DNA of 64,000 nt from an uncultured Actinomycetes bacterium (GTDB taxonomy: Bacteria; Actinomycetota; Thermoleophilia; Gaiellales; Gaiellaceae), in contig CAVVZV010000003.1 in the NCBI GenBank assembly GCA_963752845.1, forward strand, positions 320,708 through 384,707, given 5' to 3'. This document shows positions 29,434 through 40,234 of this stretch, in pieces; positions within the stretch are counted from its first letter, which is position 1; the number at the start of each line of letters is the position of its first letter. The notes under the pieces are model-generated. The model saw nothing but the letters and a program-made list of their open reading frames with translations, searched no databases and was not told where the DNA came from. The translations under genes were made by a program, and so were the position numbers.

Positions 29434-29688
29434 CTAGGCCTCGATCGACGGCGTCGCTTTGCCGGCGAGGATCTCGGTCAGCCGGTCGACGTCGACCTCG
29501 CTGAGCGGGCTCTCCCCTGCTCCGACCTGCCGCTGGAGCCGCGCGACCAGTTCGGCGCGCAGGATGTCGATCTTCCCGTGCAGAATCCGGCGCCGGTACG
29601 AAACCTCCTGCTCCTCCCGCTGGAGGTCGTCGATCAGCTCCTTGAGGTCGGAGTCGGAGAGCGTGGCGAGGTCGGGCAAGGGTTCCAA
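29434..29688 (-). CDS. Small coiled-coil protein with an RsiG-like E-x3-S-x2-R-x3-H-x3-D motif
   Basis: 84 aa, TTG start with GAAAGG upstream. The motif is E26-S30-R33-H37-D41 within REEQEVSYRRRILHGKIDILRAEL. Confidence 0.55.
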   Translation of the reverse strand: MEPLPDLATLSDSDLKELIDDLQREEQEVSYRRRILHGKIDILRAELVARLQRQVGAGESPLSEVDVDRLTEILAGKATPSIEA

Positions 29689-29761
29689 GTCGGGCCTTTC
29701 GTTCGGAGGTCAGTTAATCAGGCCGACGGCTAAGGGTCAACTTGACGTTGAGCTTTGGCGC

Positions 29762-32273
29762 TCAGGTGGGCACCTCCTCGCCCTCCCTGAGCACGGTTTC
29801 GACCAACTCGCGCAGTTCGCGCTCCAGCTCGGCGGACGTATGTTCGTCGTTTCCCTCCGCGTACACATGTACGACCGGCTCGTCGGGGTCGGGCAGCACC
29901 TGGGCCCACCCACGTTCGTCGAACACCTTGATGCCGTCGCTCAGGTCGACGTCGCGGTCCTTCAGGCGTTCGGTCAGCACGCGCATGACCAGACCCTTTT
30001 GCGCCCAGGGGCAGGGGACGCGGCGATGGACGACGTGAGATTCCGGCAGCTCGGACACGAGCTCGGAGAGCGGCCGGTCGATCGGGGCGAGCAGCTCGAG
30101 CAGCTTGCACAGGCTCGCCATCGCGTCGTAGGCGGGCAGGAACTCCGGGAAGAGGTAACCGCCGCCGACTGCCCCCGCGAAGATGACGCCGTTCTCCGAC
30201 GCCGCCTTCGTGAGCGCGGCGAGCGAGGCCGGGGTCCGGATGACTTCGAGCGGGCTGTCCTGGACGAGGCGATCGACCTGGCTCGTGACGGTGACCGGGA
30301 AGGCGAGCTTGCCGCGCTTCCCGTTGCTGCTGATCAGACGGAGATAGAGGAGCAGCGCCTGCTCGACCGGGATCTCGCGCGCCTGGTCGTCGACCAGGTA
30401 CAGCCGCTCCGCGGCTCGGTCGAAGACCACCCCGAGGTCGGCTCCGACAGCGCTGACGAGCCGCTTCGTCTGCCCGACGAGCTCGTTCAGGGTCGGCGCA
30501 TCGGCGGTCGGCTGGTCGGGCCGGAACGTGTGCGAGCCGACAGCCTCGACTCCGAGCGGGCCGAGCAGCGAGCGGAAGCACGAAGGAGGCGGCTGAGTAG
30601 CCGTAGTCGATCACGACCTTGAACGAGCGGGTGCGGATCGCATCGACATCGAGGCCGGACAGGAGGTCGTCGGCGTAACCCTCTCTCGCCCGGGCGGGGT
30701 ACGTGATCCCACCAACGTCCGGGGCGGCCATTCGCCTGAACTCCAGCCGGGTGAAGTGCTTCTCTACCTCCTTCTGCAGCGAGTCGGTCAGCTCGATCCC
30801 GGGAGGCTCGAAGAACTGGATCTTCAGGACCTCCGGGTCGGTCGGACTGATTCCGACATGGAGGCCCCCGTCGTAGCCGTGGCTCTTCAACAGATGGCGC
30901 CCGACCGGCGAAGGCAGCACGCGCAGATCGGCGACCTCCACCCCGGTCGAGGTCAGGCCCGAGATCATCGCCCGCTTGATCATGCGGCAAGCGTCCGGCG
31001 CTTCGCGGCTGGCGACGACGCGCGCACTGCGCTTGAGCGCCGTCCCGAAAGCCGCGGCGACCCGAAGTGCCGCCTCTGGGGTGAGATCGACGTTAACGAG
31101 GCCGGCGACGCCCTCGGCCGAGAAGAGATGAGACGACGCGCGTGACTCGAACACGAGATTCTCGAAGACCTGCGAGCCCGACTCCACCTCCTTGAAGGGA
31201 TAGATCCGCACACCCGGCATCACCACGGACTCGGCGCCGATCGTCACCTCGTCGCCGATCGCCACTTCCTCGTGGATGCGGACATGGGAGCGGATGTCGC
31301 AGGAGCGGCCGACGATCGCGTTCTCGATCAGCGCGCTACGGCCGACATGGGTTGAAGCGTCGATCACAGACGCGACCGTCCGGGCGCGGTCCCGCAAGGT
31401 GACGCTCGCCGAGAGGACTGAGTACGGACCGACCGTCGCGTCCGTTGCGATCCGGCAGTAGTTGCCCACGAACGCCGGCGCCTCGATCCGATCGAAGTCG
31501 TCGATCTCGACCCCTTCCCCGATCCACACGTTGCCCCGCAGGCGGATACCCGGAATTTCCAGCTGCACCCGCTCGTCGAGCGCGTCGAAGTTCGCCTGCC
31601 GGTACTGGGTGAGGTTCCCGATGTCCTGCCAGTACCCCTCCGCCACGAACCCGTAGACCGGCCGCCCCATCTCCAGCAGCAGCGGGAAGAGCTCCTTGGA
31701 GAAGTCGTACGGACAATCGGCCGGCACGTGGTTCAAGACCTCCGGCTCGAGCACGTAGACCCCGGTGTTGATCGTGTCCGAGAACACCTGACTCCAGGAC
31801 GGCTTCTCGAGGAAGCGCTCTACCCTGCCGTCGCTGTCCGTGACGACGATGCCGAACTCGAGCGGGTTCTCGACCGACTTGAGCGCGATCGTGGCGGCAG
31901 CGCCGCGCTCGCGATGAAAGTCGACCACCTTGGTGAGGTCGAAGTCGCAGAGTGCGTCGCCGGAGATGACGAGGAAGGTGTCGTCGAGCCTCCCACTCGC
32001 GAGCCGGACCGAGCCCGCCGTGCCGAGCGGCGACTCCTCGACCGAATACTCGATGTTCATGCCGATTGAGCTGCCGTCGCCGAAATAGCTCCTGATCGGC
32101 TGCGGCAGGAAGGCGACCGTGACGATTACGTCTTCGATGCCGTGGTGCCGCGCCAGCTCGAGGATGTGCTCCATGCACGGCTTGCCGACGATCGGGACCA
32201 TCGGCTTGGGCTGATTGGACGTCAGGGGCCGCAGCCGCGTCCCCTCCCCGCCCGCCATCACGACCGCCTTCAT
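29762..32273 (-). CDS. Bifunctional sugar-1-phosphate nucleotidylyltransferase (ManC/GlmU-like, with LbH) / phosphohexomutase, with one apparent frameshift (~30570)
   Basis: [18 protein letters not shown]..., hexapeptide repeats, then a PGM/PMM-like region. The C-terminal part ([17 protein letters not shown]...) lies in ORF 29762..30430. Shifting frame at CCGCTCGCTGCTCGG joins the two parts. Confidence 0.8.
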
Positions 32274-32818
32274 GCGGCCCTTCGGAGAGCGGAGGCGACG
32301 TAGAACGCGCCCGCGAGCATCGCCAGCGCGAGCCCGATCCAGAACAGAACGTACGGGAAGTCGGTTCCCTCACTCGTCACGAGCATCAAGGCCAGTGAGG
32401 CGTACAGCACCCACGTGGCGACCTTGCCGAGAAAGCTGACCGAGAGCTCATAGCCGCGAGGCACGATGAGCTTATACCCGGCAAGTAGCACGAGATCACG
32501 AGCCAAGATCAAGAGGAGTGCGAGCCAGGGAAGCCGGCCGTGGTACCACAGGAGCACGACCGCAGCGTCGATCATCAGCCGGTCGGCGAGCGGATCGGCG
32601 ACGGTGCCGAAACGCGACTCGACGTGCCAGCGGCGCGCGAGCCAGCCGTCGACCTGGTCGGTGACGGCCGCGGCCGCGAACACGATCGCCGCGGGCCAGC
32701 TCTTGCCACCGTCGGCGCCGGCCTCGAGGGCGATGAACACCGGGATCGCGGCAAAGCGGGCGATGGTGAGCGCGTTCGGGATCTGTGCCATGCGGGCGGT
32801 GAGGACGCGCTCGGCCAT
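32270..32818 (-). CDS. CDP-alcohol phosphatidyltransferase (PgsA-like)
   Basis: [26 protein letters not shown] fits D-x2-DG-x2-AR-x8-G-x3-D-x3-D. Start ATG 32818 (alternative 32791). The rest of ORF 32270..33520 is not credible as coding. Confidence 0.85.
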   Translation of the reverse strand: MAERVLTARMAQIPNALTIARFAAIPVFIALEAGADGGKSWPAAIVFAAAAVTDQVDGWLARRWHVESRFGTVADPLADRLMIDAAVVLLWYHGRLPWLALLLILARDLVLLAGYKLIVPRGYELSVSFLGKVATWVLYASLALMLVTSEGTDFPYVLFWIGLALAMLAGAFYVASALRRAA

Positions 32819-32893
32819 GGGGACAAGGATAGATCCTTGCTTTCGAGCCGACTCTCGGCGCTCGGTGGGCCGAACGTGTGACGATCTCTCCCA

Positions 32894-33910
32894 ATGGCCG
32901 ACACCGAACGAGTCAGGCTCCCCGGGTTCGTCAACGCTCACAGCCATGCGTTTCAGCGGGCGCTGCGCGGACGCCGCACCGGCGGTGACTTCTGGGCCTG
33001 GCGGGAGGCGATGATCGCGGAGGCCGAGCGGCAGACTCCCGAGCTGGTCCGCAGCGAGTATGCGGAGACCTACCGCGAGATGCGCCACGCGGGGTACACG
33101 GCCGTGGGCGAGTTCCACTATCTCGGCCTCGCCGAAGCCCGCGCCGCCATCGCCGCCGCCGAGGATGCCGGCATCGAGATCACCCTTCTTCTCACCGCCT
33201 ATGCTCGAGGCGGCAGTCCGCGGTTCCGGCAGGCGTCGCTGGACGAGTACATCCGTCAGGTCGACGAGCTTCGCGACGAAGGTCACCGCGTTGGCTGCGC
33301 CCCCCACTCCGTCCGCGCCTGCCCGCCCGACTGGCTCGAGGGAATCGGACGCTACGCCGCGGCGGAAGAACTGCCGCTGCACGTCCACGCCGACGAGCAG
33401 CCGCGCGAGATCGACGAGTGTCTCGCCGAGCACGGAATCCGCCCGATCGAGCTGCTCGACCGCAGCGGGTGCCTGGGCCCCCGCACAACCGTCGTCCACG
33501 CGACCCACGCCGACGACCACGAGCTCGATCTGCTCGCGGCCTCCGGTGCCCGCGTCTGTGTCTGCCCGACGACGGAGGCCAATCTCGGTGACGGCTTCGC
33601 CCCGCTCGAGCGACTGCGGGAACGGGGAATCGGTCTCTGCATCGGCTCAGACTCGAACGTCCGGATCGATCCGCTGGAAGAGCTGCGAGAACTGGAGACG
33701 ACCGCCCGCCGGAGCTCCGGACGACGCGAAGTCTGTGACGCCGAGACGCTGCTCGGCTTCGGCGCCGACGAAGGTGCTGCCGCGCTCGGCCTGGACTCCT
33801 GGCCCGAGATCGAGATAGATCCTGACCACCGCTCTCTCCGCCGCCTCGACCGCGCCGACCTGCTCGACGCGCTCGTGTTCGGGTGCAGCGCCGACGTCGT
33901 CGTGGGCTAG
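32894..33910 (+). CDS. Amidohydrolase-superfamily protein (formimidoylglutamate deiminase / guanine deaminase-like)
   Basis: LPGFVNAHSHAFQRALRGR metal-binding HxH, with later HVHADEQ and HATH motifs. Confidence 0.7.
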   Translation: MADTERVRLPGFVNAHSHAFQRALRGRRTGGDFWAWREAMIAEAERQTPELVRSEYAETYREMRHAGYTAVGEFHYLGLAEARAAIAAAEDAGIEITLLLTAYARGGSPRFRQASLDEYIRQVDELRDEGHRVGCAPHSVRACPPDWLEGIGRYAAAEELPLHVHADEQPREIDECLAEHGIRPIELLDRSGCLGPRTTVVHATHADDHELDLLAASGARVCVCPTTEANLGDGFAPLERLRERGIGLCIGSDSNVRIDPLEELRELETTARRSSGRREVCDAETLLGFGADEGAAALGLDSWPEIEIDPDHRSLRRLDRADLLDALVFGCSADVVVG

Positions 33911-33929
33911 GTCTAACCGGCGGCGGGCG

Positions 33930-34142
33930 CTATGCCCGCCGGCGCTGGGCGATTTGCGAGTCGGCCGGTCGGAGCATCGTGTAGAGCAGCAGCCCTATGA
34001 ACGGGACGACAAGCATGCCGATTGCCCAGGCGGCTTTACCTCCGCCGGAGAGGTCAGGTCGCCGGAACACATCAATGACGGCACGCACCCACAGGAGCAG
34101 GAAGACCGCGATCACAACGCCGAGAACGACCCGTATGAACAT
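33930..34142 (-). CDS. PLD nuclease N-terminal domain (PLDc_N) small membrane protein
   Basis: 70 aa with two TM helices and KAAWAIGMLVVPFIGLLLYTMLRP, typical of PLDc_N. Confidence 0.65.
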   Translation of the reverse strand: MFIRVVLGVVIAVFLLLWVRAVIDVFRRPDLSGGGKAAWAIGMLVVPFIGLLLYTMLRPADSQIAQRRRA

Positions 34143-34187
34143 GCCTTGAGGGTGACTCTACGCTGAAAGCTCTCCGGGGCGGCGGGA

Positions 34188-34601
34188 GTGAGTGCCTACA
34201 TGACGTACGCTCGCCCCGTGACCGACGAGCGCCATGAAGAGGGGCTGAGCGCGTATGCCAGCCAGTTCGGGATTCCCCCCGAGCAGGTCTCCGACTACCT
34301 CGCGGAGCGGTTCGGCGAGCGCTTCGCGCGCGAGGCGATCAACGCCGCCGGGGGCGCCTGGACGGACGACTGCCTGAGCCTGCGCGATCGCAGCCTGATC
34401 GTCGTCGCCGGCCTGATCGCCCAGGGTGGAGTCGAGGACCGCCTGCGCGGCCACGTCCGCTGGGCCGTCGAGCACGGCTCGAATCGCGACGAGCTCGAGG
34501 CGCTCACGACGCTCCTCGCCGTGTACGTCGGCTTCCCCCGCGCGTCCGCGGGGATGGAGATCGTGCGACAGGAGCTCGACCGAATCGAGGAGGGCACATG
34601 A
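34188..34601 (+). CDS. Carboxymuconolactone decarboxylase (CMD/AhpD-like) family protein
   Basis: LSLRDRSLIVVAGLIAQGG...HVRWAVEHGSNRDELEALTTLLAVYVGFPRA. Confidence 0.7.
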   Translation: MSAYMTYARPVTDERHEEGLSAYASQFGIPPEQVSDYLAERFGERFAREAINAAGGAWTDDCLSLRDRSLIVVAGLIAQGGVEDRLRGHVRWAVEHGSNRDELEALTTLLAVYVGFPRASAGMEIVRQELDRIEEGT

Positions 34602-35497
34602 GCGAAGAGGCACCGACCGCACCGGCCCCGACCGTCGTCGAGGAGGGCATCACCGAGATCGCGCCCGGCGTCTGGGTGATCCCGGACCGCCGAGTGCCGC
34701 TTGTGCCGAACATCGGCATCGTCGTCGGCGAGGACGCCGTGCTGGTCGTCGACACGGCGATGGGGCCGGGCAACGGCAGTCGCGTCCTGGCCGCGGCGAA
34801 GGAGAAGGCACAGGGCAAGCCGCTGCTGGTCACGGTCACGCACTTCCATCCCGAGCACGGTTTCGGCGCTCAGGTCTTCCGCGACGAGGCGAGGATCGTC
34901 TACAACCGCGACCAGCGCCAGGAGCTCCAGAACAAGGGAGCCGACTACGTCGAGCTGTTCAAGACGTTCGGCCCGGCGGTCGCGGGGGCGCTGGAGGGCG
35001 TCGAGCTCGTCGACCCGCACGACGTCTACGACGGCGAGACCGAGCTCGACCTCGGCGGCCGGCGGGTGCAACTCCGCACCTGGGGTGTGGCCCACACGCG
35101 CAGCGACCAGATCGTGTGGCTTCCGGACGAGCGCATCCTCTTCACCGGCGACCTCGTCGAGGAGCGGATCTTCCCCATCTACCCCTACTTCCCGCCCGAC
35201 GACGCCGACGTCGACGGGGGCCGCTGGATCGACGTTCTCCGCCGGCTCGAGGAGCTCGATCCTGCAGTCGTCGTGCCAGGGCACGGGGCGGTCGGCGACG
35301 CGGGTGTGATCGCGGTCGCTCGGCAGTTCCACGAGGCGCTCCGCGACGAGACGCTCCAGCTAGCCGCCGAGGGGCTCGACGTGGAACAGGTGGTCGCCCG
35401 CCTGGAGCCGGAACTGCAGGCGCGCCACCCCGACTGGGAGCAGCCGGAATGGATCGGCTTCGGCATCCGCTCCTTCTACGCCCGCAAGGACGACTGA
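34598..35497 (+). CDS. MBL-fold metallo-hydrolase
   Basis: LLVTVTHFHPEHGFG (HxHxxH-type motif), later WGVAHTRSD and VPGHG. Confidence 0.75.
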   Translation: MSEEAPTAPAPTVVEEGITEIAPGVWVIPDRRVPLVPNIGIVVGEDAVLVVDTAMGPGNGSRVLAAAKEKAQGKPLLVTVTHFHPEHGFGAQVFRDEARIVYNRDQRQELQNKGADYVELFKTFGPAVAGALEGVELVDPHDVYDGETELDLGGRRVQLRTWGVAHTRSDQIVWLPDERILFTGDLVEERIFPIYPYFPPDDADVDGGRWIDVLRRLEELDPAVVVPGHGAVGDAGVIAVARQFHEALRDETLQLAAEGLDVEQVVARLEPELQARHPDWEQPEWIGFGIRSFYARKDD

Positions 35498-35610
35498 GCG
35501 CGACCGAACCTCGTTGACAAGCTTCTCGGGCTGTGGTCAGATCGTCCAGCGACCCTGGCCGGCGCGCCGATCGGGCGTCGCCCCGGCACTGCGTCTACCA
35601 AGGAGGGACC

Positions 35611-36732
35611 GTGAGGAACCATGGTCGTTTGGCGACCACCCTCGCAGCTGTCGCGCTCATCGCTTTGATTCTCGGGGCCGCGGGCTGCGGAGGAGACGAC
35701 GACGACAACGAAGCGGCGTCCACGACGGAGTCCGTCGCCACCGAGACGACGGGCGGCGACACCAGCGAGACGGGCGCGATTCCGGAGGGCTACTCGGGCG
35801 TCGAGGCGGACCTCCCGACCGAGTACGCCGCGCCGGAGATGCAGTCGGGCACGAGCTGCAAGATCGGCTTCCAGAACCCGGTGGCGGCCAATGAGTTCCT
35901 GGGCTTCGTCCAGAGGGCCGTGATCGCGAAGGCGAAGGGGTACGGCTGCACGGTCGTCGCCCTCGACGACGCGCTCAGCCCGGACAAGCAGGTCTCGAAC
36001 ATGCAGCAACTGCTCGGGCAGAACGTGAACGCGATCATCTTCTACCCGCTCGACCCGAGGGCGACCGCGCCGGTGCTTCGCCAGGCGCAGAACAAGAACG
36101 TCCCCGTGATCGCGATCGACGCGAGCTTCGGCGACACGAAGGCCGTCCCGTTGATCGCGACCCAGGTGTGGCAGGGGCGTGACATTCAGGCATACCTGCA
36201 GGCGAATGCCCTTGCCGACGAGAAGTCCGACGCGAACGTGGGCCTAATCGGCATCGGGATCCCGGTGCCGGCGATCAAGTACCTCACGGAGCGACAGAAG
36301 CACTTCGTCGAGGAGAAGGGCATGACGGTCGTCGACACGCAGGACAATCCTTCCGACGATGTGACCGGCGGCGAGAAGGCAGGCAACGCGCTGCTCCAAC
36401 GCAACGAGACCGTGGACTCCGTCATCGGCTACAACGACCCGTCGGCGTTGGGGGCAGTCATCGCGGCCCGCGCGACCGGCAGGGACATCACAGTGGTCGG
36501 CCTGAACGGCTCGAGCGACGGGATCGAGGGCGTCAAGAGCGGCAAGCTGATCGCCACGGTGCAGGTCGACCCGATCGGCATCGGCTCCCAGACCGCCGTC
36601 GCCGCCTACAGCTTGATCACGAAGCAGAACACTCCGCTGCCGCCGATCGTGATCCGGCCGGGAGTGCTCGTGACCCAAGACAACGTCGACGACCTTGCGA
36701 GCTGGAGGGCGCAGCTGGCCGAGATCGAGTAG
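35611..36732 (+). CDS. Sugar-type (RbsB/periplasmic-binding-protein) ABC substrate-binding lipoprotein
   Basis: GTG 35611 follows AAGGAGG. Lipobox LGAAGCGG. PBP-type fold sequence. Confidence 0.8.
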   Translation: MRNHGRLATTLAAVALIALILGAAGCGGDDDDNEAASTTESVATETTGGDTSETGAIPEGYSGVEADLPTEYAAPEMQSGTSCKIGFQNPVAANEFLGFVQRAVIAKAKGYGCTVVALDDALSPDKQVSNMQQLLGQNVNAIIFYPLDPRATAPVLRQAQNKNVPVIAIDASFGDTKAVPLIATQVWQGRDIQAYLQANALADEKSDANVGLIGIGIPVPAIKYLTERQKHFVEEKGMTVVDTQDNPSDDVTGGEKAGNALLQRNETVDSVIGYNDPSALGAVIAARATGRDITVVGLNGSSDGIEGVKSGKLIATVQVDPIGIGSQTAVAAYSLITKQNTPLPPIVIRPGVLVTQDNVDDLASWRAQLAEIE

Positions 36733-36829
36733 CGCGCCGGGTCAGCGGCGGGGCGGTCGCAATCGCCCCGCCGCACGGCGCTTGTCGAACGGCTCAGGCC
36801 GCCTGAGCGAGCCCGTCTACCAGGAGCAG

Positions 36830-38326
36830 ATGACCGAGGATCCGTTCTTGCAGGCAACGGCGTTGGACAAGCGCTACGGCGGTGTCCACGCCTTGCGAGG
36901 GGCACGCATCGCCGTCTATCCCGGCGAGGTGCACGCGCTCGTCGGCGAGAATGGCTCGGGCAAGTCGACGCTGCTCAAGATCCTCTCGGGCCAGATCAAG
37001 GCTGACTCGGGCACCGTGCTGCTCGGGGGAGAGCCGGCGGCGTTTCGCAACCCAAACGACGCGCTTCGCGGCGGTATCGCCACCGTGACACAGGAGACGA
37101 CGCTGGCGCCCGACCTCTCGATCACCGAGAACGTCTTCCTCGGCCATCGCATGATGCGGCGAGGGCCGCTGATCGACTGGCGGGCAACGCGACGCCGTGC
37201 ACGCGAGGCTGTGCGCCGGCTCGGGCTCGACGTCGATCCGTCGCTGCCGGTCCGACGGCTGCGCCCTGACCAGCAGCAGATGGTCGAGATCGCCCGGGCA
37301 CTCTCGATCGACGCGCGCATCCTCGTCCTGGACGAGCCGACCAGCTCGCTCACCGACGACGAGGTCGCGTCTCTGTTCGCGCTCGTCCGCAACCTGAGGG
37401 ACGAAGGGGTCGCGATCATCTTCGTCTCGCATCGCTTGAAGGAGGTCTTCGACCTGGCCGACCGGATCACTGTGCTCCGCGACGGACGGACGGTCGGCGA
37501 GGCGCCGGCGGCCGAGCTCGACAGGCCGGCACTGATCCAGTTGATGGTCGGGCGCGCGCTCGAGGAGATGGAGCCGCCGGCCGCGCAGGAGCGAAGCGGT
37601 CCCTCTGCGCTTCGACTGCGCGGGCTGACGCTGCCGCGCGCGTTCTCGGAGATCGACCTCGACGTCGCGCCGGGCGAAATCGTCGGCCTCGCCGGGCTCG
37701 TAGGCGCTGGCCGCAGCGAGTTGCTCGAGACGGTGTTCGGCCTGCACCGTCCGAGCGCCGGGACGGTCGAGGTCGAAGGCTCGCCGGCGTCGTTCCGGAG
37801 CCCGCGCGACGCGATCCGTGGCAGGGTGGCGTTCGTCCCCGCCGACCGCAAGGTCCAGGGACTCGTCCACGAAATGAGCGTGCGGGAGAATCTCGTGATG
37901 GCCTCCACGTCGCGCGTCGCCAGAGTCCGGCGTCCGGCCGCGCGGCGAGAGCTCCGGGTCGTGCGGGAGTCCTTCCAGGGGATGCGCATCCGCGCCGGCT
38001 CTCCTCGCGTCCCGGTGGCGACGCTCTCCGGAGGCAACCAGCAGAAGGTTGTGCTGGCGAAGTGGCTCGCGACCTCGCCTCGTGTGCTGATGCTGGACGA
38101 GCCCACGCGAGGGGTCGACGTCGGCGCGAAGGCCGAGATCTACCAGCTCCTGTTCGACGCGGCGGAGAGCGGCGTCGGCGTACTCGTCTCCTCGTCGGAG
38201 AACCCGGAGCAGCTGACGCTCTGCGACCGCATCCTGGTCATGTTCCGCGGTCGGATTGCCGCCGAGCTCTCGCGTGACGAGGCCACCGAGGCCAGGATCG
38301 CGTACTTCGCCGGCGGTCACCGGTGA
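36830..38326 (+). CDS. Sugar-type ABC transporter ATP-binding protein (two ATPase domains)
   Basis: ATG 36830 follows CAGGAG. GENGSGKSTLLKIL, and LSGGNQQKV in the second half. Confidence 0.9.
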   Translation: MTEDPFLQATALDKRYGGVHALRGARIAVYPGEVHALVGENGSGKSTLLKILSGQIKADSGTVLLGGEPAAFRNPNDALRGGIATVTQETTLAPDLSITENVFLGHRMMRRGPLIDWRATRRRAREAVRRLGLDVDPSLPVRRLRPDQQQMVEIARALSIDARILVLDEPTSSLTDDEVASLFALVRNLRDEGVAIIFVSHRLKEVFDLADRITVLRDGRTVGEAPAAELDRPALIQLMVGRALEEMEPPAAQERSGPSALRLRGLTLPRAFSEIDLDVAPGEIVGLAGLVGAGRSELLETVFGLHRPSAGTVEVEGSPASFRSPRDAIRGRVAFVPADRKVQGLVHEMSVRENLVMASTSRVARVRRPAARRELRVVRESFQGMRIRAGSPRVPVATLSGGNQQKVVLAKWLATSPRVLMLDEPTRGVDVGAKAEIYQLLFDAAESGVGVLVSSSENPEQLTLCDRILVMFRGRIAAELSRDEATEARIAYFAGGHR

Positions 38327-39405
38327 GCTCGGACGCCACCGTGCGCGAGCCGGCGCGGCATACGCTGGGGAGCCTGGCGGCGGGTATCTGGACGGCCGCG
38401 AACCGCTACGCGGTCGTGTTGCTCCTGCTGATCGGGATCTTCTGCTTCTTCTCGCTGACGCAGCCCGACTTCTTCTCTCAAGCGAACATCGAAAACCTGT
38501 TGACGGGCAGCTCGATCCTGTTCGTCGTCTCGATCGGGATGACGTTCGTCGTCCTCACGGGCGGCATCGACCTGTCCGTCGGCTCGCTGCTCGCACTCTC
38601 GGGGATCATCCTCTCGGAGCTGTTCAACGACGTCGGCCTGCCGGCGCCGCTGGCCGTGCTGCTCACGTGCTTGGCCGCGGCCCTGATCGGCGGCGCCGTG
38701 AACGGCGTGCTGATCGGCAGGCTCGGGCTCTCCTTCTTCGTCGTCACCCTCGGGACGCTGTCGATCTACCGCGGCCTGGTGAACATCTGGTCGAACACGG
38801 AGACCACGTACATCTCGTCGAGCTTCATCGACGGGATCGCCTTCTCCAAGCTTCTCGGCATCGCGTACCCGATCTGGATCATGCTCGCGACCTATCTTGT
38901 TGCGCTCGTGGTTCTGCGCTGGACCTACTTCGGCAGAGACGTCTACGCCGTCGGCGGCAACATCACCGCCGCCCGCCTCTCCGGCATCAATGTCGCGCGC
39001 ACCCTGATCACCGTCTATGCGATCGCCGGCCTCTGCGCGGGAATCGGCGGCGTGATCCAGGCCGCACGGCTGGGCGCGGCGAGCCCGCTGGTCGGCGAGG
39101 CGACGCCGCTCGACGCGGCGGCGGCCGTCCTGCTCGGCGGCACGAGCTTCCTCGGCGGCGTCGGCGGCGTCACCGGGACTGCGGTGGGGGTGCTCTTCAT
39201 CGGGACGCTCCAGAACGGACTGTCGATCTCGGGCGTCTCCAGCTTCTGGCAGCAGGTGGTGACCGGCTTGATCCTGATCCTGGCGATCTCGATCGATCTG
39301 CTGCAGCAGCAGGGCACCGGTGGGCCGCTGCGTCGGCTCAGAGGCTTCGGCCACGGGCCGACGTCGACGTCGGAGCCGAGGCTCGAGGAGGGCAAGGCGC
39401 CGTGA
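38323..39405 (+). CDS. Sugar-type ABC transporter permease (RbsC/AraH family)
   Basis: 360-aa polytopic ORF with TGGIDLSVGS. GTGA overlaps at both ends. Confidence 0.85.
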   Translation: MSSDATVREPARHTLGSLAAGIWTAANRYAVVLLLLIGIFCFFSLTQPDFFSQANIENLLTGSSILFVVSIGMTFVVLTGGIDLSVGSLLALSGIILSELFNDVGLPAPLAVLLTCLAAALIGGAVNGVLIGRLGLSFFVVTLGTLSIYRGLVNIWSNTETTYISSSFIDGIAFSKLLGIAYPIWIMLATYLVALVVLRWTYFGRDVYAVGGNITAARLSGINVARTLITVYAIAGLCAGIGGVIQAARLGAASPLVGEATPLDAAAAVLLGGTSFLGGVGGVTGTAVGVLFIGTLQNGLSISGVSSFWQQVVTGLILILAISIDLLQQQGTGGPLRRLRGFGHGPTSTSEPRLEEGKAP

Positions 39406-40207
39406 CCGCGTCGCCGTACTTCGCCGACCTGACGTCCACCCGGGTGCAGGAGCTCCTCGACTCGCCGAAGACGCCCGTGCTGCTGTGGCCTGTTGGGTCG
39501 ACGGAGCCGCATGGCCCCCACTCGCCGCTCGCGACCGATCCGATCATCTCGATCGGGATCGCCGAGCGCGTGGCCCGGCGCTTGGCGGACGATCCGCGAA
39601 CTCGCCGTGCTGATCCTGCCGACCTTGTCCTACGCCGTGACGCGCTACAGCGCGGGCTTCGCCGGCGCCATCCACGTGAGCGAGGACACGCTGAGGACGC
39701 TGATCGTGGACGTGTGCGCGTCGCTCGCCGGCCAGGGCTTCCCGCACGTCGTGCTCGTGAACAATCACTTCGAGCCCGAGCACGTCCAGACGCTCCACCG
39801 CGCTCTCGACGAGCTGGACGAGCGCGGCATCCGCGCCGGCTACCTCGACCTGACGCGGCGGGAGCGCGCGCAGCGGCTAACCGATGAGTTCAAGCTCGGG
39901 GAGTGTCACGCGGGGCGATACGAGACCTCGCTGGTGCTCGCGCAGACGCCCGGGCTCGTCGACCGCGAGGCGATGGCGAAGCTCCCGTACGTCGGGCGTG
40001 AGCCTGCCGGAGGTGATCGCGGCCGGCATGAAGGACTTTCGCGAGATGGGCCTCGCGGAGGCCTACTGCGGCGCGCCTGCCGAGGCGACCGTCGAAGAGG
40101 GCGAGGCGACGTACGACACGCTCACGGAGATGACGATCGAGCTAATTCGTGCGCTCGTCGCCGGCACGGGCGGACGCGATCGATCGGGCCTGTTCGGCCG
40201 TCTGTGA
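39402..40207 (+). CDS. Creatininase/creatinine amidohydrolase-family protein, with two apparent frameshifts (~39585, ~39995)
   Basis: LLWPVGSTEPHGPHSPLATD (frame of 38256..39887), then LILPTLSYAVTRYSAGFAGAIHVSEDTL...NNHFEPEH...ECHAGRYETS (ORF 39493..40224), then VSLPEVIAAGMKDFREMG...(ORF 39884..40207). Confidence 0.75.
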
Positions 40208-40234
40208 GCCGACCGAAGAGCTAGGACGACGCCG

